From the NCBI GenBank assembly GCA_000165345.1, contig CM000434.1, positions 512,001 to 576,000 on the forward strand: DNA of 64,000 nt, given 5' to 3'. The notes beneath the pieces are model-generated. The model saw nothing but the letters and a program-made list of their open reading frames with translations. It had not been told where the DNA came from and ran no database searches. Made by a program: the position numbers and the translations under genes. Below, piece after piece: positions 39,141 through 50,046 of the stretch. The first letter of the stretch is position 1. Every line of letters starts with the position of its first letter.

Positions 39141-42100
39141 TTATAGTCTTCTACGCGTTCTTTTTCCTATCCTGTTAATTATTTCTTCATCAGAATCGAT
39201 ATTACTAGAATCAATAACTTTTATTCTATCTTCAAGGCCAATTTCTTGGAGTAGGATATTTGTATTTGTTTGAATAATATATCTCGGTAATCTTTTACTG
39301 AAGATTAATCTGAGTAGTTCATATTCAATCGAACGAATACCTTGAACTAAATTATTATTATTAATATTGAAGTGCTCGCAATTTGACCTCACTAAAAATA
39401 TATCAAATACTAAACTCTCTAACCTTCTGTAATAATTATTTCGAATTCTATTTATTATTGAAGTGAAACTAAATGGAAGAGGAATTTCTTTCCAATAGTG
39501 CATTACCCATTCCTGATTTGAAAATCCATTTTTTGATATATTTTTTTTTGAAAAAAAGGGAATTGGATATTTAAAGAATTCAACTACTGACAATGGATTA
39601 TTTTGCCCATTTTGAGTTGTCATCCAACAAAAAATTTTTATTAGATCATTGCTCGCCTCCAAATTGTTTGGGAGAGACTTTTTGTCAGGTACAGTTTCAT
39701 AAATTTCCCATGGACTGACCATTAAAGAGTTATTGTTACTTTCTTCCTGCTTCCAAGTGACTTCAATGGATTCCCAAATAAAATTTTGCTTAATATTTCT
39801 TATCAATATTTCGTGCCATTGATTATCAATAAATATATGATTTTCTTGTCCAACCCTTAGTCTGTGTTCTAAATTATGTATTCCCTTTTCAACCTCGTCT
39901 TCTAAAACCAAGTAATCAGGTCCATCATTCGGAGCGCATCTTATTTGCCAATAAACATGTTTTCCTGAAGTCAATTCCGTTAAAAACGTTAGTATAGCCT
40001 TAATAGAATGTTCTGTATCACTTGGAAATGCATAGGAAATATTAATTAATTTGCACTTTATAAATTCAAATTTCCTATTTGACCTTCTGGGTAGCCTTTT
40101 ATTTTCAGTAGCAATTTCTAGCATATTTTTAAAGAATATATCATCAAGTCCTGAGCAAATATAAGCATTTGGGAAAAAATAAAGGTAGTCATTTACTTGA
40201 GGTACATATCCTGCTGAAACTTCATCCGCTAATAGCCAAGATCTATTACAATGATTGTGCCCAGTATTATTTATCATATTTTCTCTCTTTGGACAATATG
40301 GAACATTTGATTGCTTGAGATAAATGCATTTAGGGCAAAAAAATAAGTAAAATTGCATAATATCACACCAATACATGTTTGACTCGCGAGGAGATATAAA
40401 ACTTGAGTTTACTGATTCTGGAAAAGAATGATATGCTAGCGCTGTGCAATGATAATGAAATTGACGATTGCATCTATTACCCTGACAGAGAATAGATGCG
40501 CCATAATCGTGGCAGTAGCTGCATGTTCCAATAAGCTTTGGAAATTTAACAATTTTCGAATCAAAAAATGTTGATGATAAACCATCTTTTGGGAGAGGTG
40601 GAGTTCCTTGAGAAGGATTATAAACTCTTCTCATGATATCGAATAAATTTGTGTAAACTTGATCATTAATGAGCTCCCATTGAAGAAAAGGAATTGTAAT
40701 TAGGCATCTTGAATGTAAGTAAAAACTACCTTCGCCAAAGTTATCATTTTCTTGAATAAATTTTGCATTTCTCTCTGGTCTATGCGTACTATAAAAATAA
40801 TCAAATGGTCCGATTAATGGCCCCAGATCAATGGATCCATTTACTCCATGAAGAATTGGCCTGATATTGTGGCTATTAAACTCAATCTCAGATTTAATTA
40901 AATATTTATAGCCAATAACTGTCGTGCTTGATTTCTTACATAGTTTGCAAACTAATAAATTATTGACTTCTTGCTCTTCTGAATCCGGCATCCAAATTGT
41001 ATCGAGATTTGAAAATGCGTAATATCTGAATTCAATTTCTGGTACGACTTCAGAGTCGGAATCTTGAACGTTAATTAGTCTATTCTTAATTTTACGGCGA
41101 GACCTCGTAATACTTTTTGAACCTCTAATCTCATTATATAAAGAATCTTCCGAAGTTAAATCGGAATCGTAGTCATTTTCGCCAAGGCTGGAATCATCGG
41201 AAGATGAAGAGCTTCCAGTATCTGAAATCGACGGAGAACGCCTACTAATCATTCTGAGCCTTCTATTTGTATTAGTAGTACTCGAGTTATTTATATCAAA
41301 ATCCTCATCATTTGAAAAGTCACTCGAATAACTTTGAGCTTCTACACTGCTTGTTTCATCATTATTGGTTTGGGAAGAAACCCACGTCAATTCTTCATTA
41401 ATATTACTTATTGTATTTCTAGATTGAAATGCATTTGAGTTGTTTGAAACTGTAGGGCTGCCATTAAGTGGATTTTTATCAATTTCAAGCATTTTCTTTC
41501 TATAAATTGATCTTTTTTTAGCCTTTTCTAAATATATTTCAGAGTTTAAATTTAAAATTTTATATGTGCTTAGAGTTTTATCAAGCTGCGGATAAAATGG
41601 AATTCTGCTGTTAAGTAATTCATTTCTTGTATTATTTTTCGAAGTTTTATTTCCAAGTGAAGAAAACATTGGGATCGGAGGTTGAATATCCTCTGGATAC
41701 ATTCTTTTATTTCTGTCAACTATAACTGATCTGGGTATCGTATATATCGGTCTCCTTAAGTTCTGATCTATCCATCCAAATGTATCATCCCTTAGAATTT
41801 CTGAAAAGTCGTTTAAGAAAAATTGCTCAGGAAAGGAATATCTGTATGTCTGATTTAGAACTTGCTGATTTAAATCTCCTTTATTGCATATATCATAAAT
41901 CTCAAAAGAGCCGTATTTTTGAGAAACTACGAAACTCAACCCATTTTTTATCCAAACGCCATTTAAATAAGGATTTTTTGTATTTTTATGTTCAAATAAG
42001 ATATTTGAATTGTTTTTAAATTTAAAATCATTTAGTTGGTTAAGTTTCGAGTTGGATATTACAAAAATAACTCCATTATATGTCAACGACAAAACTATTC

Positions 42101-44105
42101 CAGGGGATACTGGGTGAGGAATTAGACATGCAATTCGTGAGCAGACGCCTGGAAGAACTACATCTAGAAATCTTTCACCATAATTTCTTGAAAAATAAGA
42201 AATGCAGCATTCAATGCAACTTACAAGTGTGGAGTTTCTAGTTCTTCTCAACATTCCTTTAGATGTCACAGATTGAGCAATTAAAATGATCGAATCATCG
42301 CATGACCACTGTATACTATCTATAAATTGGACGAAATTTGAGGAACTATCAGTTCCAATAGATTTGTCATTTTCTTTATTTGGTGAGCTATCTTTCACAA
42401 CGAATCTTGAAGTTCTTACGGGATTCCTACGTAATAGTGAATTCTCATCCATTGATCCGCTTCCTACATAATCTGAGTCATCATCTGATAGACTTTCAGT
42501 TGGAGATTTTTCAGTAGCTTTTTTTATTGAATTATTCTTTTTCTTGGAATATGAATCACTGTTTATTCGGTCGGAAATATATGTATAAAGATTTGTCTGG
42601 TTATAAATACTTAGATTAGAAAATATCCACATAATAATTGTGCCATCATCAGAAGCAGTAACTAAATCATGTGAATTATTTGCAAATGAAACGTCTGGAT
42701 GTTCGTTGTGCTTTTGTGGCATATTGATCAAATTAATTCCACTCTTAGAGTGGGAATGTTCTAAAGGAATCATGAAAACTAATGAGTATCCTTGCATATC
42801 GTTTTTTTTTTGTATTGAAATAACTTCATTCGAAATATTTTTTCCAGAAATGTTAATTTGTATTTCTTCTGTTGAACTCAAGGACTGTAAAGAGGCACCA
42901 ACTGAAAAAAAGACATAGTTTTTAAGGTTTTCATCGGATGAAGATCCATGGTTAGCGATAGGATTTAAGCAAATATCAAATGCTTTTGGGGATAGTGGAA
43001 ATATATCAATCTTATAAACTGGAGGGGCTTTATAAAATAATGATTGCTCTCTTTCAAATGAACCTGGAGATTTAGATAAGCTTCCATAACGTTTAAAAAT
43101 ACTTTGGAAACTATTTAGTAGAACTTCTGGAAATTCTCTTCGTTTCATTAAAGCTAAATGGTACAAAGATCCATGGATAAAAAGATCAGAAACCTTATAA
43201 ACTGTTATGATTGCATTATCACCTGCAGAAATTAACATTTCAGACTCTTGAAATATATCATCATTATTCAGCTTAATGCTATGTTTTGAATATGCAAATC
43301 TAACAAATGTCAATCTGTCTGTATTTTCAATAATTGCCATTGGAACCCAATCATTTCCATATACCAAAGTTAACAAGAGTTGGCCCTTACCACAACAAGA
43401 TGCTAATAAAGCATTGCAAGAGTTAACATCAAGGTCGATTATATCCCCAGTGTGCTTCCTTACAGAAGCTAAAAGACTTCCCGTAAATGTGTTCCAGAGT
43501 CTAATCATTCCATCATCGCCTCCAGATATTAATACACTTCCTGTTTTATCTCTTTTAATAACATATACGCTTGCCGGTTCTCCTCCTACTCCAAATTCAG
43601 AGTCTTCAATATGTTGATGAGCATATATAAAATTTGATAGGATAAACCTGCCACAAAAGTTAGTTAGAAGATGAGAATATTTCATATTCGAAAGCATTAA
43701 TTTGTCACTAACGCCATGTTTTAAGCTCCTCAAATTTAGATAAGTTGATCTAGAACAGATATCTTTAATATTTTCAATGAAAGTTGAGTGGCCAATCACT
43801 TCATTCTTCAAATATTGAATGGTATTTAAAAAACTATCTTGATTAAAAATTAAATTCTCTGTTCCTACTATATTATTCTTATTAAATTTACACAACTCGA
43901 TAAATGAAGAAAGTAACTTGATAAACCCAAAAATATTATCTTGAAGCCCATTTGTTAGTTCTTCATATGATATTTGTGTTTCAGTGCCATCATAATTTAT
44001 TTTAGTAGGTATTTTCGAAATTGATTTAAACTTTTCAAAAACTCTGTTTGAAACATCGTCAAAACCATATTCTTTTAGGATATAACAAATATAATATGGC
44101 TCCAT
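39141..44105 (-). CDS. large WD40-repeat protein with an N-terminal LisH-like motif and C-terminal PHD-type zinc fingers (BRWD/PHIP-like architecture)
   Basis: WD repeats include 'LISGGDDGMIRLWNTFTGSLL' and 'LVTASDDGTIIMWIF'. The PHD-like finger is 'CSYCHDYGASILCQGNRCNRQFHYHCTALAYH'. It has a true ATG at 44105. Confidence 0.8.
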   Translation of the reverse strand: MEPYYICYILKEYGFDDVSNRVFEKFKSISKIPTKINYDGTETQISYEELTNGLQDNIFGFIKLLSSFIELCKFNKNNIVGTENLIFNQDSFLNTIQYLKNEVIGHSTFIENIKDICSRSTYLNLRSLKHGVSDKLMLSNMKYSHLLTNFCGRFILSNFIYAHQHIEDSEFGVGGEPASVYVIKRDKTGSVLISGGDDGMIRLWNTFTGSLLASVRKHTGDIIDLDVNSCNALLASCCGKGQLLLTLVYGNDWVPMAIIENTDRLTFVRFAYSKHSIKLNNDDIFQESEMLISAGDNAIITVYKVSDLFIHGSLYHLALMKRREFPEVLLNSFQSIFKRYGSLSKSPGSFEREQSLFYKAPPVYKIDIFPLSPKAFDICLNPIANHGSSSDENLKNYVFFSVGASLQSLSSTEEIQINISGKNISNEVISIQKKNDMQGYSLVFMIPLEHSHSKSGINLINMPQKHNEHPDVSFANNSHDLVTASDDGTIIMWIFSNLSIYNQTNLYTYISDRINSDSYSKKKNNSIKKATEKSPTESLSDDDSDYVGSGSMDENSLLRRNPVRTSRFVVKDSSPNKENDKSIGTDSSSNFVQFIDSIQWSCDDSIILIAQSVTSKGMLRRTRNSTLVSCIECCISYFSRNYGERFLDVVLPGVCSRIACLIPHPVSPGIVLSLTYNGVIFVISNSKLNQLNDFKFKNNSNILFEHKNTKNPYLNGVWIKNGLSFVVSQKYGSFEIYDICNKGDLNQQVLNQTYRYSFPEQFFLNDFSEILRDDTFGWIDQNLRRPIYTIPRSVIVDRNKRMYPEDIQPPIPMFSSLGNKTSKNNTRNELLNSRIPFYPQLDKTLSTYKILNLNSEIYLEKAKKRSIYRKKMLEIDKNPLNGSPTVSNNSNAFQSRNTISNINEELTWVSSQTNNDETSSVEAQSYSSDFSNDEDFDINNSSTTNTNRRLRMISRRSPSISDTGSSSSSDDSSLGENDYDSDLTSEDSLYNEIRGSKSITRSRRKIKNRLINVQDSDSEVVPEIEFRYYAFSNLDTIWMPDSEEQEVNNLLVCKLCKKSSTTVIGYKYLIKSEIEFNSHNIRPILHGVNGSIDLGPLIGPFDYFYSTHRPERNAKFIQENDNFGEGSFYLHSRCLITIPFLQWELINDQVYTNLFDIMRRVYNPSQGTPPLPKDGLSSTFFDSKIVKFPKLIGTCSYCHDYGASILCQGNRCNRQFHYHCTALAYHSFPESVNSSFISPRESNMYWCDIMQFYLFFCPKCIYLKQSNVPYCPKRENMINNTGHNHCNRSWLLADEVSAGYVPQVNDYLYFFPNAYICSGLDDIFFKNMLEIATENKRLPRRSNRKFEFIKCKLINISYAFPSDTEHSIKAILTFLTELTSGKHVYWQIRCAPNDGPDYLVLEDEVEKGIHNLEHRLRVGQENHIFIDNQWHEILIRNIKQNFIWESIEVTWKQEESNNNSLMVSPWEIYETVPDKKSLPNNLEASNDLIKIFCWMTTQNGQNNPLSVVEFFKYPIPFFSKKNISKNGFSNQEWVMHYWKEIPLPFSFTSIINRIRNNYYRRLESLVFDIFLVRSNCEHFNINNNNLVQGIRSIEYELLRLIFSKRLPRYIIQTNTNILLQEIGLEDRIKVIDSSNIDSDEEIINRIGKRTRRRL

Positions 44106-44627
44106 GTATGATGAAATTTGAAAATGACATGAATTTTAACCAGCCATTTATTTTTTATTCATTATATTTGCTAAGCTATGTATTGTGAGAAATAATTATT
44201 AGCGCCCTAATAGTTAATCGTGATGTCAATAATAAGGACAGAATTATACATAAAACTAAATGGTCCAAAAAGTATGATTGGAGATCATATGACCGAGTCT
44301 TTAGTTCAATAGTGATATATAAATTTTAGTTTGGCATACAGACCTATTCGGCAAACAATTATCAAGCACTAATCAAACCTAGCAGAAATAAGATAAAAAA
44401 AAACAATAATTGGAGAATTAGTATTAATCTATCTAGAAATATTTCCTATTCCATACCTAAATAATATTTTGAGGGAATATGTTGTAGAGTCTTAATTGTT
44501 AGGTTCGCTTTCTAGATTTCTCCAGTAAATCAAAGCAATATTTTATTTTTAATTTTACAAACATGGCTTCCAACTAGGTAAGTTTATTTGTAAATTAATC
44601 AAATCTAATTAGTTGATTATCTCCACT

Positions 44628-45536
44628 TTAGTAGGAGACATTCATAGTTCCTTGGCTAACAGACTGATAGATGAATTTGATTGAGCTTGCATCGACCTTA
44701 ACAACACCCAAAGATTTTTCATTTACCTTGAGTTCTACTGATCCGCCTGAACTTGGCACAAGAACAAAATTAATAGAACTGCCCAAATTAATACCGGCTG
44801 GAATTTTCCCTCTACCTACAAAGGATCCAGATGATGTTGCGAGCCATTCTTGCTTCGTAAATGCAACTTCGAGAACTGGAAGTTTGTAAATATTGCTGTA
44901 TGTAGAGATGTAGAAGCTGAAGTAATCATCTGGAATGCTTGATGGCAATTCGGCTCTAATAGTAAGATTTTTTGTAACTCCATTAGACATGCCTACTAAA
45001 CTAGAGTTATTACATGAGCCTGATGAAGCAATTGAGCAGAATCCAGTTTCAGTTGTTGAATACTCCAAAAACTGTAATGTTGGAGCGCTTCCATTACTGT
45101 CTGATGTCAACATAAACGGAGCAGCGACCAATAGTGGGATTTCTAAAACTTTACTTCCAGCAATGAAAATTGCAAGTGATTTTTCTAAAGCAACCAAATC
45201 AAACGAAATGGTAGATCCCGTATTGTATTGACCATTCTTGTAAAGTGAATATGCTCTTAATGAAGCTATGCCACTTTCAATGGAACATGAGTCCACACCG
45301 AATCTTAATGTTGCAATATTCTGGAATGAAGAATTTGTCAATTCTAACGATGCAGATGGTAAAAGAACGACAGAAACACGGATAGCATCGCCTGGTGTCA
45401 TGCCACCTTCAATGAATGAGTACGAAGCATTCAAACAACTAGCTCCTTTTTTAAGAATGCAAACTCCATTTGCTGAAACCAAAGAAATGAAATAAAGTAT
45501 GCAAGCAATGAATATCGAGCTCCTTGCACCACTCAT
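44628..45536 (-). CDS. secreted protein (signal peptide, Ser/Gly-rich, probably beta-rich), unknown function
   Basis: The signal peptide is 'MSGARSSIFIACILYFISLVSANG'. I recognise no TM segment or domain. There is an AATAAA shortly after the stop on the coding strand. Confidence 0.65.
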   Translation of the reverse strand: MSGARSSIFIACILYFISLVSANGVCILKKGASCLNASYSFIEGGMTPGDAIRVSVVLLPSASLELTNSSFQNIATLRFGVDSCSIESGIASLRAYSLYKNGQYNTGSTISFDLVALEKSLAIFIAGSKVLEIPLLVAAPFMLTSDSNGSAPTLQFLEYSTTETGFCSIASSGSCNNSSLVGMSNGVTKNLTIRAELPSSIPDDYFSFYISTYSNIYKLPVLEVAFTKQEWLATSSGSFVGRGKIPAGINLGSSINFVLVPSSGGSVELKVNEKSLGVVKVDASSIKFIYQSVSQGTMNVSY

Positions 45537-45684
45537 TTTGTTTTATATTAATAACTACCAATTATAATAGAGCTCAAATTTATTATTTGGTGCAAATATT
45601 TTTGAAATGAAAGTGATTTCTTCTTGACTTTATGCCTAGAAACTGCATGCGCAAGTCCACGTTATGTCTAAAACCTGCACCCTG

Positions 45685-45697
45685 TTTTGGCGCCAGA
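45685..45697. promoter_or_regulatory. palindromic E2F-like site TTTTGGCGCCAG in the bidirectional spacer between the secreted-protein gene and the transporter gene
   Basis: A GGCGCC palindrome flanked by T and A runs, the best match in the window to the TTTGGCGCCAAA class. Confidence 0.45.
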
Positions 45698-45964
45698 TTG
45701 TATTTTTTTAAAATTATTGCATTGTACTTCAACATTCGAAAATAATACTTTATTCCGCTCGCTTTTCACGTCATTTATGTTTGAAATAATTTGCTTGTAA
45801 TTAGAAATGCCCATTTAATTAACGAATTCTAAGTTTGATCCGCATAAAATCTTATTTTCTATAAATTTTAGATTGTTTAGTTAAACGTTGAGACTTGATT
45901 AAAAATAAGTACCGCGTGATTTCCATTAGGAAAAAAATTTGACTTTTTCTGCTATGATTTGAAA

Positions 45965-47764
45965 ATGGAGGACAAACCAAAATGTAATCGTTGGTTCTTG
46001 CTTTTATTGTACTTTTTAATCTCATTTTCTGTATGTGGTTTAGTAGGTTCATTTACTGCTATTTTACCGCTGCTTAGAAAAGCTTGTATGTTTTCAAATC
46101 TATGCAGATGTGACCCAAGTACAAAAAACTACCGAGGCGATGACTGTTTGAATCCAGAATTAAAAGACTTAATATTATTGGAACCACTTTTGAGTCATGA
46201 ATGTGACCCTATAGGTTGTAATTTACAAAATGTTTTACATGTTGATGCCTGGAAGTTTGGTTTAAGTGCTCCGCTAATTGCTAGCCCCATTGCAGGGACA
46301 ATTGCAGATATCATTGGCCCAAGAGCTTTGGGTACCATTGGAACTATATTCGTATGTTGTGGATTATTGATTTGGCTACTACTTACTAATATTTTTGAAG
46401 TTTTGTGGATTGCAAAGTATTTACTTAGTTTAAGCTGGCTTTTTTTGGGAATCGGAAGAGTTTGTATTTCATACAGTATTGTTTCTGTTTCATCACTGTT
46501 TGAGATGCAGTCTCTGGTAATTTCCATTTTGGGTGGCCTTGTTGATGCATCTATTTTATTACCATTGTTAATAGTTAACTTTCAATCAGGTTTGAAGAAA
46601 TCAACTCAATTTGTAGAAAGCTATTCTGATACAAACAAACAAGCTGGAGAAAGGTTATTTATTTATATTTATGTAATTCTCTCAGTGCTTTCACTGATAT
46701 CTCTTTTCCTAACATTGCCTTCTGTAACATTCAACAAGCTTATTCATAAAAAGAAGCTTAGCAAAATTAAACAGTTCATTACTTGCCAAGAAGAAATGGC
46801 AAATGGAAATCAAGTAAGAAAAGACTTTGGAGAGCTAGAGAAATCCACTACTGAAGAGGACATACTAATTACATGCCCAAAAACCGTACAGTTAAGAGCA
46901 AGATCTGAAGTTACAAATGTTAAGATAAAAATTAAATGCTGTAGTTCGGAAGGAGTTGAGTGCGAATCTTCAGCAATGTGCAACCTTAAAGCCTCTTCTG
47001 CAATCATGGGTGGTTACAGTGTGGTCTGCTCATTAGCAAAATGTAGATATATGCTGAAAATAGACAAGATTAGAAGTTTTTCAACTCCTTCAAATATCTT
47101 CAATGTTTTTGACCTTAATGCTAAAAACAGCTTAAATACAATTATTGATAGACCAATATTTGAGCAACTATTTAGTTATGAGTACTTCACATTTATGGCT
47201 TTATTTATATATAACTTTTGGAGATGCTCAATTCTAGTTTCAAAAAGTGAATACATTGTTACATCTGTATTGTATATCAACAAGAGTGTTGGGATAGAAC
47301 AGGAAATGCTTCAAATCATGAATATTTATAACATTATTATGAGCTTAGGAAGTATCTTCAGCGTAATTTGGGGTATTATTGCAACTAAATATGGTGTCAA
47401 TTTTATGATTGGTTTGACCGCTATCTTAGGATGTTTAATACATGTTTTGCTTATATTCATCGATTCACTACCATTCTGGTGCATTTATTTATATTTTTGC
47501 GCATTTTCTGCTCTGAGATCATTCATATTTGGTTCATTAAATTGCTTCATTGGCGATACATTTGGATTTTCAAATTTTGCGAGATTAGCGGGAATACAAG
47601 CCTTTACATGTTTTATTTTTTTTCAGATTATGAATTTTTTAACTTCGCAATACTTTGAAGTAATTTCCTGGGCAAAAGTTAATCAATACTTGCTGATTCC
47701 TAATATTTTTTTATTATCTGTTCCATTTATTTTGAATCTTTTAAAAGCTAAGAGAAATAATTGA
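45965..47764 (+). CDS. polytopic membrane transporter-like protein (MFS-like, about 12 TM with a long central loop)
   Basis: Six hydrophobic segments, a roughly 200-aa hydrophilic loop, then six more. The track start at 45959 is TTG, and the ATG is at 45965. Confidence 0.65.
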   Translation: MEDKPKCNRWFLLLLYFLISFSVCGLVGSFTAILPLLRKACMFSNLCRCDPSTKNYRGDDCLNPELKDLILLEPLLSHECDPIGCNLQNVLHVDAWKFGLSAPLIASPIAGTIADIIGPRALGTIGTIFVCCGLLIWLLLTNIFEVLWIAKYLLSLSWLFLGIGRVCISYSIVSVSSLFEMQSLVISILGGLVDASILLPLLIVNFQSGLKKSTQFVESYSDTNKQAGERLFIYIYVILSVLSLISLFLTLPSVTFNKLIHKKKLSKIKQFITCQEEMANGNQVRKDFGELEKSTTEEDILITCPKTVQLRARSEVTNVKIKIKCCSSEGVECESSAMCNLKASSAIMGGYSVVCSLAKCRYMLKIDKIRSFSTPSNIFNVFDLNAKNSLNTIIDRPIFEQLFSYEYFTFMALFIYNFWRCSILVSKSEYIVTSVLYINKSVGIEQEMLQIMNIYNIIMSLGSIFSVIWGIIATKYGVNFMIGLTAILGCLIHVLLIFIDSLPFWCIYLYFCAFSALRSFIFGSLNCFIGDTFGFSNFARLAGIQAFTCFIFFQIMNFLTSQYFEVISWAKVNQYLLIPNIFLLSVPFILNLLKAKRNN

Positions 47765-47832
47765 AATTCCATCTTTGAAAAACGATCGACTATTAATTAT
47801 TTGGTTCCTTAAGAAAAAAAAAGGTTAATTTA

Positions 47833-48696
47833 ATGGAAAATGGGAAAAAATCATTCCAAATAGTGGTTAATTCACTTATTTCTGGAGGCATTGCTGGACT
47901 TTTTGTTGAAACAATATTATATCCAGTGGATGCGATAAAAACGAAGATGCAATATAGATCGTTATGCAAAAATAGTGTGTTATTTTTTAGTACTAGAAAC
48001 TACTACAGGCACATATACTCAGGATTCAAGTATTCGGCATTTGGTTCTTTTATTTCTTCTTCCATTTTTTTCGGCACATTCCATTTTTTAAGTAATTATT
48101 CACCACAAGTGAAATATAAATCTCTAAAAACAATGCAAATTTCATTGATAAGTGAATTGTTATCATCACTGTTTAGAGCTCCCTTTGAAGTGATCAAACA
48201 GAATATACAAGTTAGAAACAAATCGTTTTTGGGACACTTTTACACTAATTATTCATTATTTAGGCATTGCCTTAATTTTAATAAAATAACTGCTAGCCTA
48301 ATCAGAGACATTCCCTTTTCCATTATTCAGTTCTCTCTTTGGGAGAAGCTGAACAGAACAGGAGATGGAGTCTTAGGTGAAAAATGCAACTTTAAAGATC
48401 TATTAAGCGGAATCTCTGGAGGTATAAGCGGTGCTATAGCAGCATTAATTACCTCGCCAGCGGACAATATAAGAACATATATTTTTACTAAGGCAAAGAC
48501 AAGAAGTTCAAATGTCTCGATTCTAAGTGCAATAAAAACGATTTACGGACTTAATGGAATAAAATCATTCTATATAGGATCGTTTCTACGTGCTTTATGG
48601 CTTACCATTGGTGGAATAATATATTTTGGTTGCTACCAACTTTGCAATTCTGCATTGGAAAAAATGTACCACAGTTTTGAAACATTACCTCAATGA
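47833..48696 (+). CDS. mitochondrial carrier family (SLC25) protein
   Basis: Three carrier repeats carry Px[DE]xx[KR]-type signatures: 'PVDAIKTKMQ', 'PFEVIKQNIQ' and 'PADNIRTYIF'. Confidence 0.85.
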   Translation: MENGKKSFQIVVNSLISGGIAGLFVETILYPVDAIKTKMQYRSLCKNSVLFFSTRNYYRHIYSGFKYSAFGSFISSSIFFGTFHFLSNYSPQVKYKSLKTMQISLISELLSSLFRAPFEVIKQNIQVRNKSFLGHFYTNYSLFRHCLNFNKITASLIRDIPFSIIQFSLWEKLNRTGDGVLGEKCNFKDLLSGISGGISGAIAALITSPADNIRTYIFTKAKTRSSNVSILSAIKTIYGLNGIKSFYIGSFLRALWLTIGGIIYFGCYQLCNSALEKMYHSFETLPQ

Positions 48697-48697
48697 A

Positions 48698-49687
48698 CTA
48701 AAATAGACTATTTTCTCTGTCAAATAAATATATAGCAATAAATATTGAGTTAACAGCCATCTGACCAAAATATATTCCCCAATTTACATTTCCAAGTATT
48801 TCTTTAATTCCAACGTCGCCCCTACATAACCCAATATGGTCGCTCGACTGGCATCTTTTTACTGTTGAAATAAGAGCTAGTGGTGAAAGTAATGATGTAG
48901 TAAAATTGCTGACCCCATGTTTAAGATGCTTTTTATTATGTGGCTTTGTTTTAGTAGCGAGCAATTTATCTTCCGTGTCTTTCGCACGTTGATAATTAAT
49001 AGATAAATAAGAATATAAACTATTCTTTATTAAATCTTCGGTTATTCTAAAAATAATATGTGCAGTAACACCTTTCCACAAAGAGGTAATACCTTCTTCT
49101 GAATTTACTGAAAGTTGAATTAGTGAATATATCCCTATTACTGACTCTTCAATTTTGTCCTTATCGTCTTGTAACCCAAGATTATAGCGCTTAACGTCAA
49201 AAATTGCCTGTTGTGTAGAAATTACAAGCAAAGGGTATGTGATTATTTCAGAGATATACTTTGCGCTGCTCTTTACATATACTGGTTTTATAAATGAATC
49301 GTGAACTTTACTATGTCTTTTATATACTTTTAAAAGTTGATCATGTAATATTCGTGTAAAATATGAGTGTAAAGTCATAGGTATGAAACCTCTATACAAT
49401 CCCCAATATCCTTCTTCATTATAAATACACCTCAGAGAATCAAAAATAAGTTTTATTCCGCTTAAATTATAAATTATTCCTCTGCTTATCCTTGAACTTG
49501 AAGTTGTTGAATGTGCACTTTCAATGCTATTACTATTTTCTAAATAGCTTTCGAAATAAGGTAAGCACATTGACTTAAGCTGAATTGTGTAAACTGGATA
49601 AATAAGGACTAGTTGAGGGCTATTTAGCACGCCATATAGCCTTAGCAGTTGCCATTGTTCGTTTAATTTTATCTTTGGAAAATTCAT
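48698..49687 (-). CDS. divergent mitochondrial-carrier-like protein, convergent with and abutting the preceding carrier gene
   Basis: Degenerate tripartite repeats 'PVYTIQLK', 'PLLVISTQQA' and 'PLALISTVKR' sit at carrier-like spacing, and 'LWKGVTAHIIFRI' is a carrier-like helix. It has a true ATG at 49687. Confidence 0.55.
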   Translation of the reverse strand: MNFPKIKLNEQWQLLRLYGVLNSPQLVLIYPVYTIQLKSMCLPYFESYLENSNSIESAHSTTSSSRISRGIIYNLSGIKLIFDSLRCIYNEEGYWGLYRGFIPMTLHSYFTRILHDQLLKVYKRHSKVHDSFIKPVYVKSSAKYISEIITYPLLVISTQQAIFDVKRYNLGLQDDKDKIEESVIGIYSLIQLSVNSEEGITSLWKGVTAHIIFRITEDLIKNSLYSYLSINYQRAKDTEDKLLATKTKPHNKKHLKHGVSNFTTSLLSPLALISTVKRCQSSDHIGLCRGDVGIKEILGNVNWGIYFGQMAVNSIFIAIYLFDRENSLF

Positions 49688-49976
49688 TATATATATTTTC
49701 TAAAATAATCTATACCGCTTTTTTGCTCAAGCTGAATTATTAAAAATTCACTCACAATTTGGATTGTTTTAACTGTAAATTTGAATTAGTCAAAATCATG
49801 TCTTGTACTTTGTATTACAACTTTGAATTCCCATATTTATCGCTCCCACCAAAGATAACTAAGCTGAAAATTATTATATATATGTTTTGTTAACAACTTA
49901 TAATGTTTAATTATTGTTCATTCTCCTTTAATTGCTACTGATATTAGCATAAATAATTAATATATAGCTCCTTTTA

Positions 49977-50015
49977 TTTCCGCCTGGAATTGTTTTTTAT
50001 AACTTATCGCGCAAA
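49977..50015. promoter_or_regulatory. E2F-like TTTCCGCC plus TATCGCGCAAA elements 30-70 bp upstream of the Vps33 ATG
   Basis: Two GC cores in an AT-rich divergent spacer. Confidence 0.4.
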
Positions 50016-50046
50016 CAAATCATGAAAATATTTTTAAAAAAAACTA

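Noticed and set aside
44560..44640. Consensus-looking ATGGCTTCCAACTAG|GTAAGT...CTTTAG on the + strand, resembling a tiny first exon plus intron
   Set aside because: The putative exon contains an in-frame TAG, and the segment is the 3' UTR of the minus-strand secreted-protein gene. It is treated as a coincidental GTAAGT.
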